From NCBI GenBank assembly GCA_000182565.2, contig KQ257455.1: a stretch of 64,000 nt of DNA; one strand, written 5' to 3'. The position numbers were made by a program, and so were the translations under genes. How positions within the stretch are numbered: position 1 is the stretch's first letter; each line of letters starts with the position of its first letter. Below are positions 52,401 through 64,000 of the stretch, piece by piece. The DNA comes from Spizellomyces punctatus DAOM BR117 (Eukaryota). The notes under the pieces were generated by a model. The model saw nothing but the letters and a program-made list of their open reading frames with translations, had not been told where the DNA came from and did not search any database.

Positions 52401-52757
52401 AAGGCAACTCATTCTCGCCGCACTGCAATGAGGCTAGATTGGTGAACATTGTCAAATCATCTTCGATGACATGGCGAAGCTGGTGGGACGACACATCAAG
52501 GTGATACACGTTGTCAGGATCATCTGCAGGGGCTTTATTCAACTTTTTCAAAGGAGAATGAGATAAGGTCGTAGATAAAGTATAGAATTTGTATGTACCA
52601 TAAAAAACCCGTCAAGGACATGAGGTATCTCTATGTATTTTCCTCGACGCTTGCGGACCAGTGTCGGTGAACGAGTGGAGCCCTCCGCAAGAGAATCATC
52701 GTTACCGAGGGTTATTTCGCGCTGATGGACAGCTTGGATACCATGTTGAAATGGCAT
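49417..52757 (-). CDS. Leucine-rich-repeat protein, XRRA1-like
   Basis: VLDGFFM|..DDPDNVYHLDVSSHQL..DDLTMFTNLASLQCGENELPF..LGVLPGLRRLVMPCNGV..LDLSYNAL..LATLPNLRRLDLSSNNL, an acidic insert, further LRRs with LAGNP cap, and ALRYAL motif. Confidence 0.75.
51590..51692 (-). repeat. Coding 42-bp tandem repeat, about 2.5 copies
   Basis: A unit near GTTCCTGCTGCTCTTCACTCTCCATTGGAAAATCTGCCAGTT recurs at 51595, 51637 and 51679. It encodes EEQQEQLADFPMES-like units. Confidence 0.9.
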
Positions 52758-52858
52758 CGTGCATATTTGAGCAACTATTGCCACAGTGTTTCCTGATGCA
52801 TCTAAAAAGGGTGAAGGATCGGATGTGCTTACTCATCGATTACGCAAGCATATTCTTA

Positions 52859-55149
52859 TTAACTGCGCTTTCGCGCTTCAATCTCCCTCCCCAATTCCTG
52901 CAAGCTTTCTTTCAGCGCATTTGCATCCTCAAACCGCCGTCGCTTGAGCGAATCTTGCAGGAATCCTTCAACCTGCTTATACTGTTGTTCCAATACTTCT
53001 AACTCCGGATCTATGGTAATGCTAGCTATCGCCGGTGACTCGACTCCCTTTTTGTTTACCTTGGGCATGAGCTGGAGAGTAAACATATGTGATTGTAGGT
53101 ATTGAATCACGGATAAAGTGATATTGTGATGCAAACGTTGAACCGATGGGGTTGACCCCGGCAGAGATTTGACCGTTTTGCTACCGAGTACCAACAAGTA
53201 GGGAGATGAATCCCAGGTCCCGGGGCCGGAATTCCCCAAATCAGCCCATCCTCTTACCACAGCTTATCAAGTTCTGAGAAGTAGTCTAGCAGGTTTTTCC
53301 TATATCGGTTTGCCATTTGATAATCTCGATCTTCGTAGTCGACTGTGGGGCGGTTTCTGCAAAGCCATGCAATTAGTGGAAACTAACAACTCCCAACTCA
53401 TTATGAAAGACCAGAACGTACGCCATGCTCATCAGGAGGTTATTGAACTTGGGTAATGTCTCCTCCACTAAGCCACGATACTTTGCAATCATCTGTCAAG
53501 ACAGTTACATATATGCAGAATTACCTGGTATCTGATCGTGACCGCAAAGATACCTTGTAGAGTTTTACAATCTGCACGCTATTTACCGAGTCTTGCCACT
53601 TTTCGCGCCGTCTGGCTCCCAGTTAGGAAAAACAAAAAAGCTTCCTATCCGGCGCACTATCACCTACCGCGCAACCACCCTGTTGCAATCTGAGCACACT
53701 CGAATCTCGGCAACAGCTCCGCGCCTCTCCTCGTCTCCTGCACCAAAACGCATCAGGTCAAACACGTGCACGCTCTTTTAGGCTCAGGACTTACCGCACG
53801 ACACCTGAAGGGGAATCATCATTGAACATCCTGGACTACCGCACACGACACGTCCACATAACCGGCAATGATGCCGTCTATTGGTGATGGCTCCGAAGGT
53901 CTTGCTGATACAGGCATGTATGTTAGCTGACAGGGACGCCACTAAGACAGACAATCTGAAACTACCTGCACAGTGGACAACTTGTCACACTGTTGTCATC
54001 TTCCCACGATACAATTGTTTGCTCCGCGACTGTAAAAGTCAAGGTAAATGAGGTTGCAGCGATTGACTACGCCAAGACCACCTACCCTTTCGACTCCCAC
54101 CCCCGTAGAATGAGGACCGTTTGTTGACAGTAGGAGGCCTTGACCCTTCTTCTGCATACATGAGACTAAGCTAAGCACCTAAAGTCTCAGTCAACGATTT
54201 TCTCGGCCATTGAACGGTAAACGTCTTGGATGGCACCTTTTCAAGCCTTTTTTCTAGTTTGTTGGCTTCAAGCTGAAGGTTATCTATGCGATTTTTACGT
54301 ATTCGAAGAAAAGTTTGTGTTCGATTTCGGGAGACGCCAAAGCTGTCTTTATAGCTTTCTCGATCTTTGTAGCATTTTTCGCACACTCTACACCATATGC
54401 CTGCGGCGGGATCTGCTCTGGCATCGGGGGAAAGCCGCATTTGATAAGATGTGTGAGGTTCGCAATATAGGCGGCCGCACCTTCGACCGCAAATAGCGGT
54501 TACGTTAAAAGGAACCATGATAATCCAGCATGTGGTAGGAACCTACTTTCGGCAATGGTGTTTGCCAGCACGCAATCCCAGGGGTTTTCCACAACCCTCC
54601 ATCTCACACCTGTCATTCGGCCCTTCACGTTTCCAATGAGATCTTGTGACGATAGACTCTCCCGATTCACCTACTGGTGTTAGACTTCCGGTCCCACTGC
54701 CTGTCCGCACCAACTCGCTCCCCCCCGGACCAATATTTGGATTCAGCTCAAGCTGCCCATTCTGCGCAAATTTGTCCAATGAAAGGGAATTTAATGTCGA
54801 AGACGTTTTCTGTGCGGCTCTGGTCAGAGGAGCAGCGACCTTTCGCTGAGCGGAGCGAAACCACGATACGAGGGCATCCTTTGTGTCGAAGTCGTTATGC
54901 GAGTCATCCAAATGGCGATTGAGTTGCGCCAGCGATATCATTTCATCGCCTGGGAAAGGAGTTTATGTCAGCAGTCAGCTAAAACCACCAGAAGATGAGC
55001 AAGTTGACCGCACCACATATTGGACATGCTAAAGCTTCGTCAACCGATGACAAGTTTTCGACGGACAGGGTTCGCATATCGCGATTCGCTCGTGCAAAGC
55101 GCGGTGAGCTCGAGCCTGAGGAGGATGCACTTGCTGCTCCCGAAAACAT
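52859..55149 (-). CDS. PEP7: Vac1/Pep7/Rabenosyn-5 (C2H2, two FYVE-type domains, Rab-binding domain)
   Basis: CPICG|DEMISLAQLNRHLDDSH, HWKRE...KHHCRK|CGRLYC, WEDDNSVTSCPLC..RRHHCRLCGRVVC, and C-terminal LEQQYKQVEGFLQDSLKRRRFEDANALKESLQEL. Confidence 0.9.
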
Positions 55150-55404
55150 TCCAGGGGTTTCCAGCAACAAAAAATGGGGTAGATGTGATTTGACGATGCC
55201 AGGAAGAAGATGGCCAGTGTGTCAGCATACCCAGCGAGCTTCAAACACGCTCAGTAGGGCACGTGCTCGAGTGGACGGGTCTTCAGCCGGTCTTGCAGTT
55301 GCTGCTTTCCTCGTCCTCGCCCTAAGATCGGCCATTTTGGAAGGGTTTCCAGGATCTGGAGCTCACAAGGTTGTCTGGAAGCCGGTCCGGGCACCTGCTT
55401 CGTC

Positions 55405-57414
55405 ATGAACATGTTCAGCTCTTTCCCTCCAGCCTACGAGCGACTTCCTGACGCCTCCACCTCCCTTCCAACTGGCGGAACAACTGACCCGACAAAGGCT
55501 CACCCGACTCTTTCTACACTTTCCTGCCTTGCCCGAGTTATTCGTATCATATTTTCTTCAGAGCAGGAGAATGTGCGCTCCCTTTATTTCCTCCTCATTT
55601 TGTGTAGTGTCCTGTATCAAATCTTTGTTTATTATATCGGGATAGCAATACCGAAATTCTATATCGTGTTGAATGCAAAGGACGAAGCTGCTTTCTGGAG
55701 TCTAGTTGGCAGGCTTGTCGGACTGTATCTAGCAATATCAACCGCAAAAGCCTCCCTCCATTTTGTGGGTGGTTTGTTCGCTCTACGGACACGGAGGATC
55801 TTGACCAGAAAGCTGCAGGAAGGATATGTAACCAAGGGCGCACTGTATGATGTTGCACGCTCGAAGGCCGATGGGATAGATAATCCTGATCAGCGCATCA
55901 CCCAAGATGTTGAGAAGTTTTCCGACGAGGTAAGAAAAAGGAGAGTAGTCCAGCATTTATGCAGAGTTTTGGATGACTGATTAGTTCGCAGTCACGTAAG
56001 GTGATGGAGGAAATTGTGATCGAGCCGGCCCTTCTCGTGTACTATACATATCAAACTTACCTCGTCAGTGGATGGCAAGGCCCCTCTATGATCTACCTTT
56101 ACTTTACAGTTTCTTTAGTCGTCTGTCGATATCTGCTTCGCCCCCTTGTGTCACTTGTGTATTCCAAGCAACGGGCAGAGGGTGATTTTCGTTTCCTTCA
56201 CGTTCGGCTCCGCTCCAACGCCGAACCTGTTGCATTCTTAAGGGGTGAAGAATTGGAACGAGGGGTGTTGGAAGAGGCATTCCAAAACTTGTTGGGCCTT
56301 ATGAGAAAGATCGTGCACTGGGAGGCAATCCTGAGGTTTGGAACGTCATATTGCAACTACTTTGGGTCGGTGGTTTGCTATGGCATCATTGCCATGCCGA
56401 TTTTCGATGGGGTATATGATGATTTAAGTCCGTAAGTTAAGGAACTGGCCTTGATGCGCACCCATTGAATATTGAATCACAAGATCCAACCTTAGGGGTG
56501 AACTCAGCGCGCTGATCTCAACAAATCTCTTCTTCTCTCTGTATCTGAGCTACCGATTTACCGCCATTGCCGAGCTAGCGGAAAAGTAAGCCGCCGCTTA
56601 TTGACAGTCAGACCTGCTCACTATGGCTTATGCTTTCCAAAATCGCAGATATGCAGATTTAGCGGGCTATGCGGCACGTATGGGCCAATTTTTCGAGGTC
56701 ATTGATCGCGAGAAACTAACTGCAAGCACTATGGGAAATTACGCGGTTACTACCACTACAAATGATGCGGATCCTTACATATCTATACGAGACCTATCAT
56801 ACAATGTCCCGCAAGGACAGAGCCTTGTCTCCAACCTCACCCTCACAGTTACCCCAGGATCACACTTGCTCATTATGGGACCCTCTGGCAGCGGGAAGTC
56901 CTCATTGTTGCGGGTGTTGAGCGGTCTTTGGGTTCCATATCAAGGTCAAATGAGTCTGCCACCAGAAAATAAAATGCTGTTCCTGCCTCAAATACCCTAT
57001 CTGGTGCATGGTGGGACGCTTCTGGAACAAATCATCTACCCTGCTAAGCTGGAGGAAGTGTACATACCGGACGAGGATGTAGAAGTAGTTTTGCGGACTG
57101 TAGGACTAGAGCATTTACTGCTCCGAGAACGCGACGTAGTTATGGCTGGTAAGGACTTGGACTGGGATGTCATGCTTTCACCCGGCGAGCGGCAACGATT
57201 AGCGTTCGCTAGAGCATTATGGAGACGACCTATTTTTGCGTTCTTGGATGAGGCGACATGTAACATCGATGCAGCTGCTGAAGGAGAGCTCTTCAAAATC
57301 GCTTGGGAAAAGGGCATTACTTGTGTGCTAGTTAGTCATAGAATCGTTCATGGTTTCGGGAGAGTGTTGAGGATCGTGGGGGACGGGACCTGGGTTGAGG
57401 AGAGTTTAGATTAG
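55405..57414 (+). CDS. ABCD4: ABC transporter subfamily D half-transporter, ABCD4-like
   Basis: IDNPDQRITQDVEKF, LVYYTYQTY..SGWQGP, EGDFRFLHVRLRSNAEPVAF, IAMPIFDGVYDDLSP, Walker A GPSGSGKSS, LSPGERQR, FLDEAT. Confidence 0.85.
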
Positions 57415-57578
57415 ACGTTGCAATCGGTGGCATTCCAAAGACAATATCCTTCTCTGGTTGCAACTTTCCACTGATCGGCGTGTTATGTAAGCGACTTTTG
57501 TCATGGGAAATCGCGCGCGCCTTTCGGCTTTCGTCGTCGTTGCGATCTGCAGCGATCTCCAATGGCCGCGTTCATACA

Positions 57579-60500
57579 ATGAGACCAGTGGCACCTCTGG
57601 TAGTCCCAGAATCTTCATTGTGGCATCCAAATCATAATCATATCATCGGCGCCCTCATCCAGGACTTGTTGTCTTCTGAACCCCCGGCAACCGCTCAGGT
57701 AGAGCGACACGTGTTAACGAAGATCCTGCCATACGTTCTCTTCCAGTTCGCTCCTGAGCTGTATAAAACGGACCAGACAAAAGGGCATGAGTCCGCAAAA
57801 TCCTCACGACTTCAAGCCGCAAGAGCTGTTTTAATCGCTCTCAACTATTCGTTAAGTTTGCCCAATGAAGTGCTGTTTGAATCTCCGAATGAAACAAAAT
57901 TCTCGGGTAGGATCAACGACGGAAAAGAAATACGCCTACTGCTTCTGAATGCTTTCACTTTGCTGTGCAAGAGGATAGATGGGTATGTTTGGCGCTGCCT
58001 ATTTTAAGTAACCTTCTTCCTTTTTGACACGAGGGGACCACGTACGTTAGGGAGAAGCTCTGGCTGTTATTCACTCAGAAGACGCAGCTCGCTCGCGTAG
58101 ACAGTAGCAAAAAGCAACCAAATACCGAACACGCCACAGTAAACGCTTCAGCTCGCATTGATATTGTCGTACGATCCATCCTCAGTTTGATCGAAGACGT
58201 GCCCATACTACCCCGAAAAAAGAAACACAATGATCTCGGTAGCCTATGCTGGCGTGCACGAGAGTGTTTGAGGGATCTGCTTATAGCTCTGCGGCGAATA
58301 GCCAAAGTCCCACAGCTTGACCGTCTCCACAGCAGGTTGTCTCTCCTAGAGGAATTTGCGTGTGTTTTGCTCAAGGGGCTCCGGCGAAATGAACGAAAAC
58401 CAAATCTGTACTCTCGATTGAAGGTAAGACAGATTTCCATGGATTTAGGATAGGTCATTGACATCTGTCCATTGCTCCAGCTGCAAATTACGTTATATGC
58501 AGATATGATCCTTCTGCTGCCGGCAACAATGCCTGCACGCGTTCCTCCGAGCAACGTACACTTGCTCGCGCACCCTCTTCTGCTTCTCCGTCATGTGTTT
58601 GTGCCCATCTTGCGATTAACAGTGTGGAATGTGGAAGCTACTTCGCATGGAGCCCAGGCATTCCGCAACCTCCGAGCATATATCCTTGTGTGGGCTGAAG
58701 ATGAAAACGGTCACCTCGACGATATGAGCAACATTCTTACTGAAGATCGACTTACCCTTTCTATTTCCGATTCGAAGCATCTCCTCAAACATACGTCTAT
58801 CCTACTTGTATTACTAGCCGATTTCTTTACCAATGCATCACGGAGCCATGCGAAGGAAATTCTCCCTGCTGCTGACAAGAAGCGTTTCATGCCAATTCTT
58901 CTGACGGACAATATCACGAGAGATTTGGTTCGGTGGACGTTGTCCGGTTATACAACGCGAATGGTACAACTGTTTCTTCTCCCACTGCTGGAACAGTTGA
59001 GCGCTACAGAAGACAATTGGAAACTATGTGAGCGAATTATCGTAAGCGTGTACAATGGACGGTTGGGCTCAAATGAGGATGAACAAGACCATTTTCTTTC
59101 CGGTAAGGGCCACCTATATTACTCCCTAGAGCTCACACGACCGACAATTTGTGGCCATATCATCCAGTGAACGACAGCATCGACTCAACGGTTCAGTGCT
59201 TGACGAAGTGGCTTATTACGAATGCGTGCTGGCGCTATAACCACTCTGACGACGATGCTGACGAAATAGCTGGCGTAACCAGGAGAATGGTAGGAAAACT
59301 GCCCTCACAGGAGGCCAGGCTCCGGGTACGAATATTTTGCATCAAGCTGTTGGGTCGTATCCCGAATGACAATCAGCAGGTTAGCCCCACGCCGTCGTTT
59401 TCTATAAATCTTTTTATAACTTGTTTGCAAGTCTAGATTACAAATTGCATTTTATCATTATTTGATGATCCCTCCTTGAAAATTCGGCTTGCCGCAGCAC
59501 ATGCTATTAACGTTCGGCGTTCGCATACCAAATCCGAATATCGGGAAATCAATCGACCAGGGTTAGAGACACAGGATCAGGTTGGAAGCTGGGGAGCTAC
59601 TGCAGGTCCGAAAGACCGACCGATGGCTCAATCAGTTATGAAGAATGTGCTTTCGAAGCATGCCGACTGCAAAAGCGAGCCCAGACATAAGGACGTAAAA
59701 ATCAAAGTTCGAGCCAAAGACAAAGAGCCTGGAACTCGTTTTGAACAGATGAGTAGGTCCGACCGATCGTCACTACAACCAGGACCCGCTGAGCCTACAT
59801 CCAGACCCGATAGGGCCGGAGAAGAAACTGAACTTATCCATGACTTCTACGAGTATCTGAAAGATCAGACAACAAATGATGTAGGATTTGTGGTTAGAGA
59901 GCTCGCTGGGCGCGATGACCGCATGGAGCAGATGGAGTACAGAGTAGAAGCAGGCGTGCAGCAGATCAATAAGAAACCGGAGCGACAAAGCATTGAAACT
60001 AAGGACCTCAACATAGATTCTGGATTCGCTACGGACGAGCCGCACATTTACAGCCCATCTGTTCCGTCACCAACGTCTTACATCGGATCAAGGGTTAAGC
60101 GTAGTCTCAGTATACCGTCAGGTCGTGCGTACCTACACGATGCGTTTCTTCAAGTGACAGGAACCACGTTAAGGGGATCTCTAAATCTTGATACGCCAAC
60201 GAAGGGGAACTGTGGACCTCACATCAATCCACCTGTCGGACTCGGTCCAGACTTTCAACGCCTGGATGAGTTGGTGGAGGAGCAAATCAGCCGCATTGAT
60301 CGTATCATGAACCATGATCGAACACACGAGAGTAATGGGACTGGACATGTGAATGACGTGAACCCAGATGCCTCTCCAAACCGGCCAAGTGCGTCCTTTT
60401 CCGATCTGCTTGGAGACAGAGCGATAAACTTGAGAAAATTAGAGGACACAATTGACGTAGATGCGGAAGGCGCTGCTCAGTTAAGACACCCCAGGCCAAC

Positions 60501-61749
60501 ACCATTAGACGCCTACCCTGGCTTGCCACGTCCTCAACGCAGCCACATCAAATCTGCGACATCCAGTCTCATTAGTCCGATCGGATCCAGTGACAACGAG
60601 GATGTGGATGCCGAGATGCAATTGGATGAAATTCTAAGTGAGGAGGACGGGAATGATATTTTTGAGGACGATACCATGAAGGGCATGGAACAGGGTATCA
60701 ATTCTGCTGTTGACGACATCGCGCAAGGGGAAAGATTGCCTGCGACACTAAATGTGAATCATGTTTCTGGTGTCATTTTACATGACCAATCTTTTGGAAT
60801 TCAAAGTATTCATAGCCACTCGAAAGGCAGCCTAATGGATCAAGGAGTGGAGAGCGACTTGAATGTGGCAAGTGATAAGTTGGTGGCAGATGATGCACAT
60901 GTGCCCGATAATGTGGCATTAGTACCTTCGGTTGTGGACGACGCTGCCGGTCGTCTCGTTCCCGATAATAAAGCACAAAGCAGTCCCAATGTCAGGGAGA
61001 AGATCAAGGAAGAGAACGTGGACGCGTGCAAGGGAACAGAAATCGTTGAACGAAATAATACGAACGGTGAAAGCACTTTTGTGCTTGACGTGCAAACAGA
61101 TGCAACGGACCACGTCCAACATTATGACTTGGCGACACGTTTTGCCCATCATACCTCCTCCTCATTCACCTCCCTTCTTGCTCCTTTTTACCAAAACGCC
61201 CCCCCAACATTCATTCGCCCGCGTCTTCGAAATGCAGTTGACATGGTGTTGAAAGCGATTGTTTTCTCTCGAAATCTGGACGCACAGATCGAATACAGGA
61301 GTGGGAGATTGAGCGCCCCAAGTGAGGATGAAGAAGGATCAGACAAATCGAATGCATCCAACGCGCAGCGTCTTCATCCTCTTCACCCACTCCTGAAAGG
61401 AGTATTCTCGCTTGACCCAATCCTTCTTTTGCAATATTGCTCTACCCTCGATATGACAGACCTTGCGCGGGCTGTTTCACTCCATAAAACTGCTCAGTGG
61501 CATGAAGGCTTAACTGTGATTCACAGGCACCTATTGCCTCTATCCCGCATATTATTTGAACTTGAAGCCCAATTACATGAACATCTCACCGAAGCACAGG
61601 CATTAGTTATTGTGAGGGATCAAGTGACAGTGGTAAAATTGACTTGCAGAGAGGAAAATGCACTTAGGGATGTGTCTGGATCTCTGGGTAATTTGATTGG
61701 GGCTGGTGATGGAAGCTTTTTGAGATGGGTTGAGGCTGAGATCAAATGA
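57579..61749 (+). CDS. Large uncharacterised protein: helical (HEAT/ARM-like) N-terminal half and long disordered C-terminal half
   Basis: Consecutive + strand ORFs are separated by canonical short introns. Leu-rich helices end with LFDDPSLKIRLAAAHAI (HEAT-like), then a 757-codon terminal ORF. Confidence 0.65.
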
Positions 61750-62710
61750 AGTTGACTTGGGATTCATGGCGGCCGCGATCTCCAGTTTCTGTTTTGTTCT
61801 AGCATCCGTGATATTGGACAGTTTTGCTCTTTAGAGAGAAACAATATATGGATATTAGAGCCGCACGTCGTTATGATCGGGTTTTATCTCGAGAATAACA
61901 GCGTTTATGCTTTCAACTCAAATAATCAATGCAGTCGTGTGCATTGCCTACTCATGGATGTGTTTTGAGGTCAAGGCGGGCGGTAACAGTGCCATCCCCA
62001 TTGGCATTCGTCTATCACAGCGCCTGAGGTAGTTCCTGATGATTAAAAGCCAGCTTGCAGTAAAGGTACAAGAAGTGCAAACATGTCCCCACTGGACATT
62101 CTGTGCACATCTAGCTCCCCACTGTTAGGTTTGAGGTAACCTACAGTTTTCACTATCAGTTAGCAGCCAATGAGCCCTCTGCTTATTTAGGAAAAGCCTC
62201 TTTATCCTCTCGAAATCGACGCAGAATGTGGTTGCTGTCTGAGCCAGAACCTGTCCTATTCTGGCATGGCAACTGACCCCGGATCTGAGCGAATTCAGTT
62301 AAAAATTATTTAACCTGGTGAAGACTGCCGTTGATCTCTGACTATCCAACTGCCATGATGGAGAAAAGTGCCGTTCTCCTATCCAATGTAAGTTTATATG
62401 TTGCGATTTGATGGCAGTGGGGTACAACAGTGTATCAATTGGAGAACAACGCTAACCTGCTAAATCCTGGCAAGCAAAAGAACAATGCATCATATCCACA
62501 TTCATGTCTGGTAAGATCACCTTTTTTTCCCTGTGCGATGCATCTGTGAGTCAGGACACTGGGGCTTTGGCTAGCTAAGATTGCAAGTGGGCTCATAAAA
62601 TATATGGAGCAAAGAAACAGTATAACACCAAAGTCCTGACGTGGCAGAGTCCAAATCTTTCCCCTACAGTGTACCAATTGTAGAATCCCCAGTGTGCAAT
62701 TATCACGTCA

Positions 62711-64000
62711 CTAATCCTCTTCTTCTTCTTCAGCGGTTTGCAACCACAACACAAACGGTGCCGCTTTCTTCTTCAATTCATCAGATCCGATGCCCCTGTA
62801 CCATTCCAAAAATGTGTCTTCCTCCACCAAATCCGTGTCTAAGCAAACCGAAAACTGGTCAATAAAGCACGATAGAGAAATCACTTTACAAGCACCGACG
62901 CACCATAAAGGTCTTTGCATATGAGCGGTACTTTGGATAATAATCCCCTGGTCCTCAGGACCTGCTTTTCCCAGACCTTGAGAAATGCCACTTGATCCTG
63001 ACGACTGCGTATGAACTGTGAACGGATCAGTCAGCTTGAAGCTTCCTGAACCGCTGGGTATGACATGAGATCCCCTAAACATACCTGTTGAAAGAGCTTG
63101 ACCCTGTTTACAATCTTTGCACTCTCGTATGTGCTATCAAGTAATAGCGCTCCCAACAATACAGCAAAGACTTGCCGCTTGCTCAGATCATGCTTGAACT
63201 CCATGCGTGTGACTTCTTTGATTTCTTCGTTGACGCTAAGGCGGCCGGGGTTAATGAAGCGAGCAAGTTCTTGCGAAAGCTTCTCTTCGAGGAGGTTCGC
63301 TTTTTCGTCAGCTGGATGAAGTGGGGCACGTGGCGGTGGTGGAGGGTGGGGGCTATGGACAAGCAGAGACAGACTGCTCAAAATGCCGTCTAGATTACAC
63401 TATAACAACAAGTGCATAACTCCTACATACCTGCTGTTGTTTAGATTTCCTCTTTCTTCGTCGGAGAGTTCGACAATGCGCATCCAAGGTTTGCTCTTAG
63501 AAATTGGACGCCGTGAGTAAGTGCTCGCGTAGTCATGGGCATACTCTTGCAAGGTCCTACTTTATCATCACCACTTAAGAGATCCTTCAACGAAGACTTG
63601 TCTCGGAGATGCCCGCGGGAGGTGGGAGTAGGAGGGGTGGATGATGCCGTGATCGGTGCCTTGGTATTGTTGATCACTTCGACCTTGGCCGGCGTATCCG
63701 GATGAGGTTCGGTTGAAGGCGCGGTTCTACGTTTGCATATCGGTAATCGCAGCTACAGCACAAATTCATTAGCAGATCAAACTCACCTGCTGCGCGTTGC
63801 AGTGTGTGATACATCGCCGTTTGCTTTGGTCTTAAGAGGTGCAGGTGCCTGCTGTATTGGTTCCTTTTGAATGTTGTCCTTCTCACCTTCTCGGGCATGG
63901 TTGGGTCGTTCCCGAAGCTCACTAGAGAAGTAACGAGATCAGCCTTTCCTATGCCAGTGCCCGTCGGATCATGATGGAATACATGCCTAGGACTTTTAAA
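62711..64000 (-). CDS. W2 (eIF5/eIF2B-epsilon/eIF4G C-terminal) domain protein, 5' partial
   Basis: C-terminus DTDLVEEDTFLEWY...KKKAAPFVLWLQTAEEEEED* has the aromatic/acidic boxes. Upstream exons are low-complexity and the gene continues past the window end. Confidence 0.7.

Noticed and set aside
61750-62710. Hidden gene or ncRNA in the 1 kb between convergent genes
   Set aside because: No coherent spliced ORF or recognisable RNA motif by eye. An Rfam scan would be needed.

Overview
Gene-dense, intron-rich eukaryotic DNA with mostly 50-70 nt GT-AG introns, CTRAC-type branch points and three N gaps. The gene content points to a zoosporic (chytrid-like) fungus: fungal housekeeping genes (HIS1, MET30/SconB, ATP17, PEP7, PRP45, SAD1, KIN28, TRM11, MAG1) sit beside genes typical of ciliated or non-Dikarya lineages (MORN5, CXorf58-like, XRRA1-like, DET1, ABCD4, NUDCD1). 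I reconstructed about 30 protein-coding genes by manual splicing. Identifications rest on remembered family motifs, not database searches. I saw no rRNA, tRNA, CRISPR array or transposon. The most notable observations are: (1) a spliced gene joining an EGF-like domain to a catalytically degenerate rhomboid; (2) a 25-bp composite element, CACGTGACC-N5-TGASTCATCAA, shared by two unrelated bidirectional promoters; (3) an aspartate aminotransferase with a PTS2 presequence and a second in-frame ATG; (4) a G53D change in ubiquitin; (5) 4-nt and 6-nt micro-exons; (6) an orphan gene whose long intron holds a candidate poison exon.
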